Of a stretch of DNA of 64,000 nucleotides, positions 12,147 to 26,387 are shown piece by piece. Under the pieces are notes generated by a model, which saw only the letters and a list, made by a program, of their open reading frames with translations, was not told the DNA's origin and ran no database searches. The stretch comes from Octopus vulgaris (taxonomy: Eukaryota). Made by a program: the position numbers and the translations under genes. The stretch spans positions 140,864,001 to 140,928,000 of the forward strand of contig OX597818.1 of the NCBI GenBank assembly GCA_951406725.2, read 5' to 3'. Within the stretch, counting starts at the first letter, position 1, and every line of letters starts with the position of its first letter.

Positions 12147-12704
12147 TTATTATAAGTTACTGATATATTTTCTTTTAATTATCATTGGGTTAACAAAGCT
12201 ATCCATTTCAAACAAATGCTTCGTATGGCCGAACATATCCGTAAAAAAGTTTAAAGGTTATAATTTACATTTAATTTACATCTATATTTGACTGCTGTTT
12301 ATTTTTGTCTTTACCATGGCAGTGTGAAATGTAAATTCTGGCTTGATACGTGATAAACTCAATAGGCAAAGAGACCTGGCTAAATACGGCGAGGTGATCA
12401 TTCTATGACTGCATATATTTGTACCAATATCAATGGATGCAGAAAATATGTCCATATATTATCCAAAGACTTGTGACCACATGGAATTTGATGTATTTCT
12501 TTCCAATGACTCAATCCAATAGGTGTGCGCTCTGAGTGCCCAACCAGGTATGCCACTAAAAATTCCGGTACGAATGGCAGTTGAAGTCGTGGTTTTGTGA
12601 CTGCAATTTCGTACAAAGTATATAGTTATGACCTACTATTAAGCTACATTAAAGAAATTATCAGTGCATCTTTAAAATGTGCCTAAATAATTTTCCCCAA
12701 TGTA

Positions 12705-13862
12705 TCTCTTATTATAAAAGGCAGATTTTATCTGCCTCCCTTTGGGAGTTATAGAAATCTACAATATAGGATTTCTTCAATTACCATTTACCTAGCATTT
12801 TAAAGAGTAGAATGCATCGGGTCATGCCAGGTCCAGTTTTTAAAATTTAAACTCCAATTAAGCAAAATTTACAGAAAACTCACATTCTGTGTGTGTCAAA
12901 TGCTTTTCTTAGTCTGGTTTACACCACACGCAAACGCACACACACAGTGTGCAACGAATACAATGAAAGTAAATAGCGACAGAGTGATTTGAGGAAGACT
13001 AAACTGAAAGTATTTAAACCACTACTCAAAAAATAAAAAAGCACAGCAAACAGAAACAAATAAATACATAACGATTTACTCCTCACACAATTTCTTCAAT
13101 TAGAGTGTACCCATGATTTTTCAGAGTACTTCAGTGGGTGATGCCATGAAAAATTTCTTTCAATTTTACCACCAATTAAGACAAAATTCGAAAAAACTCA
13201 ATATTTTAACATATCACTCCGAAAGCATTGATGTACATGTGTGCGTGCGTGAGTGTGTGTGTGTCATTCCTCACACACACGCATACACATACATATACAA
13301 CTACATACGACTACATACACATACAACTACATACAAACACGTGTGTGTTTGTTATTAAAAAAGGCGCCAAAACACAACTCACTTATCATTCCGACACATT
13401 TGCAAAGACACACGGACGGACAGAAAAGGTAAATTGGTTTTTATTTTACTCTGTATATATTTTATTATATAATATTATATATAGATATATGTATATATAA
13501 TTGCAGTATGAAACAGTGTTTATGTATAAACAGACGACACTTATATATAGTTATTATAATAAGAGATTAATAAATGTATGCATCCGTTTAACCCTTTCGT
13601 TACCAAGCCGCCCGAATTTACCTATTCATATTTAAATGAGAATATCAGAGCAAATCTCTTTAGTACATTCGTGAAAACACGTATTATACTTCGTAAACAC
13701 TTCAACTACAGTTTTGTACAAAAATCGAAGTATAATTTTAATTCCGTGAATTTCTTTTCCATTTTTAATGCATTTTTTTGCTACTTTTTGGCTATAACTC
13801 TCTAAAAATGCTTATATAGTTATTTCCCTTACAACCCGAGCAACGCCGGGCGATACTGCTAG
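12705..13862 (+). mobile_element. Non-autonomous Helitron
   Basis: 5' TC after an A; 3' GC-rich hairpin cccg-agcaacgc-cggg (13835-13850) shortly before CTAG, followed by T; no TSD. Confidence 0.8.
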
Positions 13863-14333
13863 TGAAACTATATAAGCAGTTCATAACTATATACTGTGTA
13901 CATTAAACTCTGTGTGCGCGTGAGTATACATACATACATACATACATGCATCCATTCGGCCATTCATCCATCCATCCATCCATACATACATACATACATA
14001 CATACATACATACATACATACATACATACATACATACATAAGCACACGGACAGAATATAGTTAAGAAGCTCGCTTCGCAATGATGATGCCCTGAATTGCA
14101 TTTTACCCTAGTACCTCTTCGACAATTCGCATTTCCATAGACTGAGATCGGTTCGATCTTTGTAATTAAAGCTGAGTAGCTAGTAACTCTTTCGAAGCCC
14201 CTTGGAATTTGCGGAATTTGCCAGTTACAGATTTCACTTTGTAACATACTATCCACTTGATATTCACCGAGAATTGTTTTTAGGATACATGTATCTGTCT
14301 GTAAGATACTGAACCACCTGCAATAAGCAAATA

Positions 14334-14854
14334 CCGTAAATCATCGAGTATAATTCGCATTTTCCCCCAAAATTTAAAGGTCAAAATCCCTAGTGCGTAT
14401 TATATACGAGGTTAAAAATGAAAAATATTTCCTAAGCAATGTCCGAGTTTCTATTTGCTGTCCGGCAATGTTTATTCAGACACATTTTGCGATGTCGGGC
14501 GCGAAAATACCTTAAGCTAAGCCTGAAAGCAATGAAGCCATAAAAGAATCATCAATAACTTGCAGTAAGCAACATTTATTGAAATAAAAGTATTCAGAAC
14601 ACAGAATAACATGTAACAAAAACAATTTGCAAACATATTTACATTCCCATATAACAGTTAAGAACATCACCATTATTGCACTACGCATGCGCGGAAGCGT
14701 TTGCTCGACTAGGTGCTGCTGGCTTAATTACGCGCGACTCAATTTAGAGAAGGGGTGCGTATTATACACAAGGTTTAGGTTTTTCAGAAGTACAGCCCCC
14801 TAAAAATCCCTTGCGTATTATACTTAAGGGCGGACTATACTCGAGGATTTACGG
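14334..14854. mobile_element. Tc1/mariner-superfamily (Tc2-type) MITE
   Basis: TIRs ccgtaaatcatcgagtata / tatactcgaggatttacgg; TA on both sides; subterminal tgcgtattata repeats. Confidence 0.85.
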
Positions 14855-15502
14855 TAAGTAGATGATCTCTTTCAAACAGCTACTGGAACAGTCATCATCG
14901 AAAGTGATGCTTTTACATTACATTTAATCTACATTTACTTATGTACTCACTCAATAATATATACACGAATGTACACATTTATGCGTACAAAAGCCGACAG
15001 AGTCATCGTATATCCATGAAACATTAATCACCTTTGAGGCTTTGAGGCTAAAATAATAGAAGAATAATAGAATGTAATCAAATAATTGCATCCTAACAAT
15101 ACTGTAATCCTAGACGTAGTGTTTGTATTAATAGACATTAGGAAAATACACATCGATCAATTATAATAAAAGTGGATTTTATCATAGAACGAAAATAATT
15201 GATACGTATGATGCACTTGAAAAGGAAGCGAAATACATACGTTTGTGCGTGTGTATATGTGTGTTTGTATGTGAGTGTATGTGAGTGTATGTGTATGTGT
15301 ATGTGTGTGTGTTTGTCACTATGAATATGAGTGGATGCGTGTGTATGTGTCTGCATGGGTGTGAGAATGAATTTAAAGAAAGTTTCTAAACATATGTGCC
15401 GTTACTTATCTTGTTAGGCTTCGATGAATAGTAAACGTACGTCTATGCATTATACGCACATACACATATACACATGTACGTAAAAGCGCACACACACGCC
15501 CT

Positions 15503-15541
<39 letters not shown>

Positions 15542-15999
15542 GCGTGTGTGTGAAGTGTATTTACACACAAACATAGCGATACGAATTTATACACACACTC
15601 TTGTGTGTGTGTGTGTGGGGGTGCGTGCGTTTGCATGTGTATATGGGGTGTGTGTGAGCGTATGTCCATTCTTGTATGTTTGAATAGTGTTCCCTGTGCT
15701 TACCTCCTCCCATCTTAAGAACGTTTTTCAAATTTGTTAGCGTTCAATGTATTTATACATCAATTGACATTTCCTCTCCCGCACCCGATTAAGCGTTTAT
15801 CCCAATATGTTGGACAGGTTTTCCCATTCTGACAAAATAATTTATTCTGCTGTTTACTGCTTTTATTGCCTTATCAATTGAAATTAGCCTTTGACATTGA
15901 CCTTCACCACTTTTCTCGTATTATATTGTTACACTCGCTATACTTTATTTCAATGTAACAACAATTCTTTATTGGCGACTGAATTTGATTTTTTTTTTG

Positions 16000-16450
16000 T
16001 CAGGAGCTTAAAGCAGAACCTTGCAAAGATAAAACCTTTATAGGAGAAAAAACTAATGCAAGTAACAAACTGTGCAAATTTTCATTCTCTGACGTGTGAA
16101 ATAACGGAACGAGGAACGACCAAAAGATCCAAGAGTGGGAAGGAATTAAAGGGAAATGCAAATATAAATTGCAAAACAGGATATCTTATCTACTGCATCA
16201 AATGGCCGAAATGCTACGAGAACTACATTGGAAAAGCGGTAACAAAGCGATCAAAACATGTGAGCGTCACACACAGCAAATTGAAGATTCATTTCTTTGG
16301 AATATTTTATGTAGTAAATACCAAAGCGTTTGTGTAAATGGAAAATTCGAATTATTCCCTTTTCATATAATATAATGCGAAATGCTTTATAGGAATTCTA
16401 AATCCGAAACTAAACCGGAAATAGTCGACACCTTAACTAAAAACTTTCTG
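16000..16450 (+). mobile_element. Penelope-like GIY-YIG endonuclease pseudogene fragment
   Basis: ORF 16056-16337 contains NINCKTGYLIYCIKWPKCYENYIG (GIY-YIG with degenerate CxxC); frameshifted continuation HTQQIED..FELFPF. Confidence 0.8.
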
Positions 16451-16506
16451 CTATGTGCTTGACCGTGTGCATTTGCGTAAGTACGTGTGTATGCTTATAT
16501 GTATAT

Positions 16507-16906
16507 CTCTTTCTCTTTTACTTGTTTCAGTCATTTGACTGCGGCAATGCTGGAGCACCGCCTTTAGTCGAGCAAATCGACCCCGGGACTTATTCTTTTG
16601 TAAGCCCAGTACTTATTCTATCGGTCACTTTTGTCGAACCGCTAAGTGACGGGGACGTAAACACACCAGCATCGGTTGTCAAGCGATGCTAGGGGGACAA
16701 ACACACACACACAAGCACACACACACATATACATATATATATATACATATATACAACAGGCTTCTTTCAGTTTCCGTCTACCAAATCCACTCACAAGGCT
16801 TTGGTGTGCCCGAGGCTATAGCAGAAAACACTTGCCCAAGGGGCCACGCAGTGGGACTGAACCCGGAACCATGTAGTTGGTTAGCAAGCTACTTACCACA
16901 CAGCCA
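16507..16906 (-). mobile_element. SINE family A
   Basis: Reverse complement of 7547-7980. Confidence 0.9.
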
Positions 16907-17765
16907 GTGAGAATTTACAAAAAAGCAAAAGACGCAGACGGGTGTGTAAACAACAAAGAGATGTATTAGTTTAACGCTCGGGAAGTGATAAAGTCTTTTA
17001 TGTTTCGAGCCTACGATATTCTACAGGAAGGAACACAGAAATAAACAGGGAAAGAAAACAGAAAAAGGTATAGTGGCTAGAGATCTATCATGGCGAATGC
17101 CGGACAGAGGGGTCACACAGGAGAGCTAGGAAGAATGGGAGATAATAAAGTAGTGGTGATCTCAAAACGAAGGTGTGCGTGAGTGTGTATGTGAGAGCGT
17201 GTATGTGCGTGGGCGTGTGGAAGGAGGTTGGTGACATTGACGTGTGAGTGTGTTCATGTGTAGGTGTGTGGGTGATGGTGTAGGTGCTGGGAAATGGTCA
17301 GTGTTAGTGTGTGCGCTGGTGTGGGTGCTGGGAAGTGGTCAGTGCTAGTGAGTGCCGGGTGGTGTGATGTGGTGTGTTGTGGTATGGTGGGTGGTGTGGT
17401 AGTGTGTGGTGTGGTGGTGTGTGGTGTGTGGTGTGGTAGTGTTGGGGTATAGTGGAGGCGAGAGTGGGGGAGCAAGGGGGAGGTCTCAGGGATTGGGTGG
17501 GGGTTGTATGGGATGTATAAGGAAGTGTAGGGGTGGGGTAACGAGAGAGGGATGACGATGAAGGGACAGGGTAGAAAGGAGAAGGTGGGTAGGAGGGAAG
17601 AGAGGAAGTAGCTGCCAGAGCAAGAGAGGAGAGCTGGGTGGGAGGAAGTAGGGGGGAGAGGAAGAGAAGAGAGAGGAGAAAGGAGCAGGGTTAGATGAAG
17701 AGGGGAAGAGAGTTTAGCCCGTGTGGCGCAAAGGATCGAAGAGAAGATTAATCCCTGTTCACAGG
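16907..17765 (-). mobile_element. Penelope-like element 3' end (ORF end, CA/CT-rich UTR, terminal repeat with decayed HHR-like motif)
   Basis: Minus strand EQGLIFS and, after a frameshift, SFAPHGLNSLPLFI*, typical of a PLE GIY-YIG C-terminus; terminus shared with 62042-62227. Confidence 0.7.
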
Positions 17766-17985
17766 GTCTAAACGTATGTGTCAATGTATTCATGGACATG
17801 TGTGTATGCATGCGTGTGTGTAAGTGTGCATACACGAATGAATGGGTATAAGTATGTATGTAGGTGGGTGTATGAATATCTATGTGTGTGAGAGAGTGTG
17901 TGTGTGTGAGTGAGACAGTGTGTGCGTTTGCTATCGTAACAGAAATGTAAGTAGAGAATTATATGTGGGTGAGTATATGAATATC

Positions 17986-18024
<39 letters not shown>

Positions 18025-18841
18025 GTGTGTTTGCTATCGTAACAGAAATGTAAGTAGAGAATTATATTCGAGAAACACCAACATTTGATAAATTGTAATG
18101 GTTGACAAAAAAAAAAAGAAATTAATAGCTCTCCGTAGTCACTCAGCCAGGTTAAGTTTATATGTATATGTGTAAGAATTATTAAATAGAAAGACACACG
18201 CACACACACACACACACACACATACACGCTCTCCCTCTCTCCTCTCTTTCTCACACAGATGCATGTGTACACATATACGCGCGCGCTCACACGTACACAC
18301 ACCTGCAGTAAATACAGTGCGTCACACAACGCAAAATGCTTTGCTGCTCTGACTCTTCACGTTCTGAATTCTCAGGCAAAGGTAGCAGCTCTTCTCCAGC
18401 TATGAGTCAAGTAATCACATCTGATCCACTATTAGCTCTTTCCTTCTTTATATGTTTTCTCTCTCTCTCTCTCTTTCTCCTTCTCTCTCTTCCCCTTCTC
18501 TCACTCGCTCGCTCCTTCTCTTAGCTACCACATTCTTGTCTCTATTTCTTTCTGGTTCTCCCTCTGTTTTCACTCATTCTCTCTCTCTCTCTCTCACGCA
18601 CACACACACACACACGCTCTTACTCTTGCTCCTTCTCCTGCACACACGCGCGCGCCCGCACACTTACATACACTCGTATACCCCGTACGTGCATATGCTA
18701 ACAAAAATTTCAGACATTAGTTGCAGTAAAAAAAAAACTGGGATTAGGTCGTATCGAAAGTCAATTACATGCGCCGGAACACTCTACTTCCATTTGTGAA
18801 CTACCCTGGTGAAGTAGGCACTGAAGACACCTTGTAGCTTT

Positions 18842-19312
<471 letters not shown>

Positions 19313-19746
19313 TCAAACGATTCATTTGGGCCTCTAGATTTTAAACATTAGATATTTTGCAAATAAAAGCATTTCTCGACATTTCAGTTTACTTCAGTCT
19401 TCCACTACTTGGATTAGGAGAATAGTATTCGCGCAAAACGTTTTCAATTTTGCACTGTTTTATTAGTAATTTTTGTTTCAGAATTCTGTTTTAAACATAA
19501 AGGGTAATAATTCAAAAACAAACAAACAAATAAATAAACAAATTTAGATATTACGGTTTAGAATTTTAGGGCCAGGTTTAATTTTAGAGTTTGGTGTTTT
19601 AGGGCTTAGCGGGTTAGAATTTACAGTTAGAGGTTATGAATATTTTCTTTCAGTAAATTCATTTATTCAATTATTTATTTTGATGAAATTGAATCTCATT
19701 AGTATATCAAACAATGACGAATGGAAAAAAAAAAAACAAGGTATAT

Positions 19747-19970
19747 TCTCTCTTTTTCTCTTTTACTTGTTTCAGTCATTTGACTGCGGCCATGCTGGAG
19801 CACCGCTTTCAATCGAGCAACTCGACCCTGGGACTTATTCTTTTGTAAGTCCAGTACTTATTCTATCGGTCTCTTTTGCCGAACCGCTAAGTAACGGGGA
19901 CATAAGCACACCAGCATCGGTTGTCAAGCAATGCTAGGGGGACAAATACAGACACACAAACACGCACACG

Positions 19971-20008
<38 letters not shown>

Positions 20009-20173
20009 TACGACAGGCTTCTTTCAGTTTCCGTCTACCAAATCCACACACAAGGCTTTGGTCGGCCCGAGGCTATAGTAGAAGACACTTGCCCAAGGTG
20101 CCACGCAGTGTGACTGAACCCGGAACCATGTGGTTGGTAAACAAGCTACTTACCACACAGCCACTCCTGCGCC
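19747..20173 (-). mobile_element. SINE family A, full length
   Basis: Head (revcomp of cacagccactcctgcgcc) through GAGTAAAA-like tail. Confidence 0.9.
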
Positions 20174-20383
20174 GTTATGTTACATTTTAGTTTCATATTC
20201 CGCGCAAATTATTTCCAGTAACCTCATTATAATTCTAATTACAGTGTAATTTTAACACCAATTCCTGTGACATAAGCCGGGACAAGACCAGGTATTTTAT
20301 TTCAACTAGAACTGCTAGTATATATATCTGTGTGCCTGTGTGTGTGTGTGTGTGTGTGTAAGTGTATGTGTGTGAGTGTGTGT

Positions 20384-20630
20384 ATTCTTTTATTCTTTCG
20401 CTTGTTTGAGTCATTTGACTGCCGCCATACTGGAACACCGACTTAAAATGGTTTTAGTCGAACAAATCAACTCCAGAAACTTTTTTAAAGCCTATCGATC
20501 TTTTAGCCAAATGGCAAAAAAATTACGAGGACATAATAATACCAATACCGGTTGTCAGGCGCTCATGGCGGTGGAGGGTGTCAAATACAGACACAACGAT
20601 ACACACATATATGTATGTATGTGTGTGTGT
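20384..20630 (-). mobile_element. SINE family A 3' half, diverged
   Basis: agtcatttgactgccgccatactggaacaccg...ccggttgtca. Confidence 0.75.
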
Positions 20631-20644
20631 ATATATATATACGT

Positions 20645-20928
20645 ACAGGCCGCATCCGTAATGATAATTTGGAAATTTTATTGATGAATAGAAGGCTACG
20701 AATGATCCTCTGCTTTCCTGTCCATCTGTTGTGGTCAACAACTACTTACCACACAGCCACTCCTGTCGTCGTTATGTTCTTATTCCAGTTTTTGGATATA
20801 TATGCGTATATATATATAGAGAGAGAGATGGGTAGATATGCCTACATATATATAATTTGTATATGTATTACATATATGTATATTTATATGTACATAAATC
20901 TCTCTCGCTCTCTCTCCTGTCTTTCTGT

Positions 20929-20967
<39 letters not shown>

Positions 20968-21028
20968 ATAAGGTACCAGAAATCTGGATGGTTGTACATT
21001 TACACATTTGTATTAATATGTCACATGT

Positions 21029-21063
<35 letters not shown>

Positions 21064-21259
21064 GCGTCGGTGTATGGTAAGACATTTGCTTCCCAACAAG
21101 ATGGTACACCGATTAAAATGGTTTTAGTGGCACCTGAGGCAAACTGTCTTCTACTATAGGCTTTCTGAGTGGATTTGGTAGGCACAAACTGACAGATACA
21201 CACAGACACGAATCTGACAGATACATACAACACACACACACAACACACACACAGATATG

Positions 21260-21304
<45 letters not shown>

Positions 21305-21467
21305 ATGTATCTGTCAGTTTGTGTGTGTGTGTGTGTATCTGTCAGTTTGTGCCTACCAAATCCACTCAGAAGCCTATAGTAGAAGACACTTGCCTCAGAT
21401 GCCACGCGGTGGGATGGAATCTGGAACCGTCTTCTTGGGAAGCAAGTGTCTTACCATACAGCGACGC

Positions 21468-21504
<37 letters not shown>

Positions 21505-21566
21505 ACATGTGACATATTAATAAAAATGTGTAAATGTACAACCATCCAGATTTCTGAGTACCTTAT

Positions 21567-21625
<59 letters not shown>

Positions 21626-21913
21626 ACAGAAAGACAGGGAGAGAGAGCGAGAGAGATTTATGTACATATAAATATACATATATGTAATACATATACAAAT
21701 TATATATATGTAGGCATATCTACCCATCTCTCTCTCTATATATATATACGCATATATACATCCAAAAACTGGAATAAGAACGCAACAGACGACAACAAAA
21801 ACACACGGACAGATAGATGATACAAAGATGGACAGGAAAAAGCAAGGAGGGATCATTCGTAGCCTTCTATTCATCAATAAAATTTCCAAATTATCATTAC
21901 GGATGCGGCCTGT
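20645..21913. repeat. ~600-bp-arm inverted duplication (possibly an assembly artefact)
   Basis: 20645-~21230 is the reverse complement of ~21290-21913, including a SINE A head and microsatellites. Confidence 0.85.
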
Positions 21914-21914
21914 T

Positions 21915-22505
21915 GCACTTGAGACTTTTCAAAATTGGCTGGCCCCAAAAATCAAATCTAAGAGTATTAAATTTTTAGAAGAAAGCAAGTGAAGGTGTAC
22001 AGCACAGACAAACAAAAAAAAAAACTCGAGAAAGCGGAGAAAATGTTACACGATTACAAATATAAACAACAAAGAGAATAACATCAGGTGTCTTTCGATT
22101 AACAGAGACGAATGAAGTTCAGCTGGCGTGTATGGAGTGAAAGCCTTGAGGCACAAACATAGATGAAAGTCAGGAGATAAGAAAACAAGAGGTGCTGTAC
22201 GGGCGCAGTCGAGCCAAGCAAGAAAGCTCATACTTGACCGAACACCGGTCACGTAGAAGGTAAAGAGGGAGGTAGTGGAAGAATTAGAGAAGGAACTAGA
22301 GAGATAGAGAGAGAAAGGAAGGGACAGAGGGATAGGTACAAGGGAGTAACGAAAGAAAGTGGAGAGGTTAAAGAAAGAGAATGCCAAGAAATGTGAGAGA
22401 GGGGGAGCGAGAAGTAAAGAGGAAACAAAGACAAATATATGAATGGGACTAAATAAAGAAATAAAAAAGTCGTACAGATTTTTGATACATACTTAGTCAC
22501 ATGGT
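21915..22505 (-). mobile_element. Probable PLE 3'-UTR-type remnant
   Basis: CT-rich tract followed by gtgacc on the minus strand, architecture like 1611-2433; no coding motif seen. Confidence 0.3.
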
Positions 22506-22571
22506 GAGTAAAAATAGTGCGTTCGTCACTATACGTATATATAGATTCAAAAACTGGAATAATAAGCGTAA

Positions 22572-22830
22572 CATCATCACCATCATCATTGTTCGACCGT
22601 GGTCGAGACTTTCATAGTCTTTTCAAATGGCTAATAATGTGTGCGCGCGCCACTACTACACACATTGGAAAGCATTGTAACAACCAAGTACTAAAGAAGG
22701 TCTTTCCTCCTCCTTGAAACAAAGCAGTTCCCGCTGGACGTCAACCCAGTATTTCTAAGCTACGGACCCAGTGATTTATTGTAAGGTTATCTACCTAGAT
22801 AGATTGCCTTCACTACGGCTAAGGAGCCCT
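22572..22830 (-). mobile_element. Short RTE-derived non-autonomous element (tentative)
   Basis: Minus strand ends tcgaccacggtcgaacaa(tga)n, an RTE-like tail; 5' part gaaggcaatctatctagg resembles RTE 5' UTRs. Confidence 0.35.
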
Positions 22831-22969
22831 TTCTACCCCATAAGCGTAACAGACGACAATGAAAACATACTTACAGATAGACCATACAAAGATGAACAGA
22901 AAAAAAACAAGGACCAATTCAAGTTGGTTTTTTTTTTCGGGATTTTTTTTTGTCTAATAAACACACACA

Positions 22970-23367
22970 CTCTTTACTCTTTTATTTGTTTGAGTCATTT
23001 GACTGCGGCCATGCTGGAGCACCGCCTTTAATCGAGCAACTCGACCCCGGGACTTATTCTTTTGTAAGCCCAGTACTTATTCTATCGGTCTCTTTTGCCG
23101 AACAGCTAAGTAACGGGGACATAAACACACCAGCATCGGTTGTCGAGCAATGCTAGCGGGACAAACACAGACACACAAACATACACACACACATATACAT
23201 ATATACGACGGGCTTCTTTCAGTTTCCGTCTACCAAATCCACTCACAAGGCTTTGGTCGGCCCGAGACTATAGTAGAAGACACTTGCCCATGGTGCCACG
23301 CAGTGGACTGAACCCGGAACCATGTGGTTGGTAAACAAGCTACTTACCACACAGCCACACCTGCGCC
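22970..23367 (-). mobile_element. SINE family A, full length
   Basis: Reverse complement of 36044-36465. Confidence 0.9.
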
Positions 23368-23430
23368 TATATATTTTTTTCTTCACTCGTTTATTACTGT
23401 GCTTATTTATGATTTTAACGCTTGTCCATT

Positions 23431-23476
23431 GTCCGGAAAACCTTTTGTCACACACCTGTGACCTCTTCAGCAACAC
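23431..23476 (-). ncRNA. Degenerate hammerhead motif in a short TA-flanked element (~23372-23520)
   Basis: gttg CTGAAGA g gtcaca ggtg tgtgac AAAA ggttt TC cgg. Perfect 6-bp stem II, but the CG of CGAAA is missing. Confidence 0.5.
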
Positions 23477-24077
23477 TTTTCGTCTTCGTGAGCGTTCTTG
23501 CGCTACTTACTCCATTCTATATACAAACATATATATATTGGTAAGAAATCTTGAATTAAAACTGAATAATGATATACATACATGCACACACACACACACA
23601 CGTACATAAGCAGTGTTGCTGTGGACAGAAACCTTAGCGTAGAAGTTAGGAAGAAATAAGAGTGGTCAGTATGATAGAGAACGAAATGAAGACCATTACA
23701 AGCAGGCAAATATATAACCACATTAATATATATTCCTTTCGAAATATTTAATTAGATATTTGCTATATATTACGACTTAATTAAGTTTTATCTCCATTAT
23801 TGTGTGTGTTATTGAGTGTGTGTATGTGTTGTGTTTATCTGCGTGATTCGTGTTTGTGTGTGTGTGTAGCGTGTTTGTGTTGTAATTTCTGTTCGAAGAT
23901 TATAGCTTTCAATATATCGTGTAATATATATATATATATAACATCTGGCCGTCTGGACATCCACGTGATGGTGGAAACATCACATTCACTTGATGTATTC
24001 TGCCCTGAGGAAAATTCATATTCGCAAGTAATGTCCTATGCGTGTGTGGACGCGCACACACACATACATACATACAC

Positions 24078-24119
<42 letters not shown>

Positions 24120-24498
24120 GTATATATGTGTGTATGTATACATACATACACATGTGTACATATGTCTATATAGGATATATATATACACATACCTCTGTAT
24201 TTATGTATATATATATGGCATATGTGTGTGTGTGTGTGTGTGTATATACAGATAACAATATTTTTATGTGTCTCGTCTTGTTCATTAATATTATTTTCTC
24301 AACTGTCTATTCATATATGTACGCATGTAACTATCTATCCATACATTTGACTGTACATTTACCTATTAACCAATAACTTCCCCCATTTCTCCAATTTTAT
24401 GTCTATGTATCTAATTATGCATAGATTTAACCGTCTATATATGTATTTATCTGCTGTTTTCCGTCGTCTATCTATTATTCATGTATTTAATTTCCTTA

Positions 24499-24530
<32 letters not shown>

Positions 24531-24811
24531 CCATCCACCTCTCCATTTATCTATCTATGTATCTATTCCTTTACCAATCTATTTAGTCATAATTCCACCG
24601 CTTGCCACTGAAATTGTCCTTCGCTGATACATTCCATCTCCAAATCGCTTCTACGTTTATAATATGGAAGTAATTGACAGGTAGTGGATGTATATGCAAG
24701 CAAATTTGCGTGTAGACACATCTTGTAGGTTTACACTGGTACACACATAGACGTACATGTATGTATTATATATATATATATGTACGCACACAACCATACA
24801 ATTGTCTCCCT

Positions 24812-24853
<42 letters not shown>

Positions 24854-24967
24854 TTACATATAGCCTGGAAAATTTAGTATATATTTAATTCCATCCTACA
24901 TCTTTCATTGTAGTATAAGAAATATATTATTATGAATATTCGTAATATTATTAATTATAATAAGAAT

Positions 24968-25960
24968 AATGGTTTCAAATTTTGGCACAAAGCCAGCAAT
25001 TTCGGGGAGGGGTAAGTCGATTGCATCGATCCCTGTCTTCGGTTGGTACTTATTTTATCGATCCAGAAAGGATGAAAGGCAAAGTCAACCTTAGAACACG
25101 AAGACGGAAGAGATACCACTAAGCATTTTGCCCAGACTGCTAACAATTCTGCCGGCTCGCCGCCTTAGTAACAATAATAGTAATATTGGTTTCAAATTTT
25201 GGCACAAGGCCAGTAAGAACTGGAAAGGGGTTAAGTCGGTTACATCGATTCCAGTGTTCAACTATTACTTATTTTATTGACCCCGAAAGAGGAAAGGCAA
25301 AGTCGACCATGACAAAATTTGAACGCCGAACGCAGACACAGACGAAACGGCACTAAGCATCTTGCCAGACATGCTAGCGATTCTTAATCATAAAAATAAT
25401 CCCTTCTACTTTAGGCGCAAGGCCTGAATGTTGCAAAAGGGCGCTAGTCGATTACATCGACCCCAGTGCGTAACTGGTACTTATTTCATCGACCCCGAAA
25501 GGATGAAAGGCAAATTCGACCTCGACGGAATTTTAACTCACAACGTAAAAACAGACGAAATACCCATACCCACAAGTAGTTAAACACAGAAGGCACAAAG
25601 AAGGACAGACAAATGGATTAAGTCGATTATAACGACCCCAGTGCGTAACTGGTACTTAATTTATCGACCCTGAAAGGATGAAAGGCAAAGTCGACCTTGG
25701 CGGAATTTGAACTCAGAACGTAACGGCAGACGAAATACCTATTTCTTTACTACCCACAAGGGACCAAACACAGAGAGGACAAACAAGGACAGACAAACGG
25801 ATTAAGTCGATTATATCGACTCCAGTGCGTAACTGGTAGTTAATTTATCGACCCCGAAAGGATGAAAGGCAAAGTCGACCTCGGCGGAAATTGAACTCAG
25901 AACGTTACGGCAGATGAAATACCACTAACATTTCGCCCAGCATGCCAAATATTCTGCCTT
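24968..25960 (-). mobile_element. Head-to-tail array of about five SINE family B units
   Basis: The block aagtcgattacatcgaccccagtgcgtaactggtac...gaaaggatgaaaggcaaagtcgacctcggcgg recurs at ~25015, 25232, 25446, 25620 and 25804. Confidence 0.9.
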
Positions 25961-26220
25961 AATTATAATAATAGTATTTTAACCACAACAAGTTGATAGC
26001 ACAGGGGAACAATTTTGAACATAGTTTCTGCTGGATTAGCCTTGATTTAGACTAAAATTGGTAAGCTGGTTTCAAAATTACAGTCAGTTGTCTTCAATCG
26101 CGTTTTGATTTTTTATATAGATTACTCTGAATAAACATGGGTGCATTGTTTGTTCCTAATAGGGCTGAATTCTGAGGTTGACATCGGCGAAATTTTGAAA
26201 TCCAAACGTATTGACGGATA

Positions 26221-26387
<167 letters not shown>

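Noticed and set aside
16453-16910. Recurrent ORFs (LFQSFDCGHAGAP.., MLGGQT..) suggesting a multigene family
   Set aside because: They are translations of SINE family A copies.
17254-17835. 193-aa Pro/His/Thr-rich ORF
   Set aside because: It runs through the low-complexity 3' UTR of a Penelope-like remnant.
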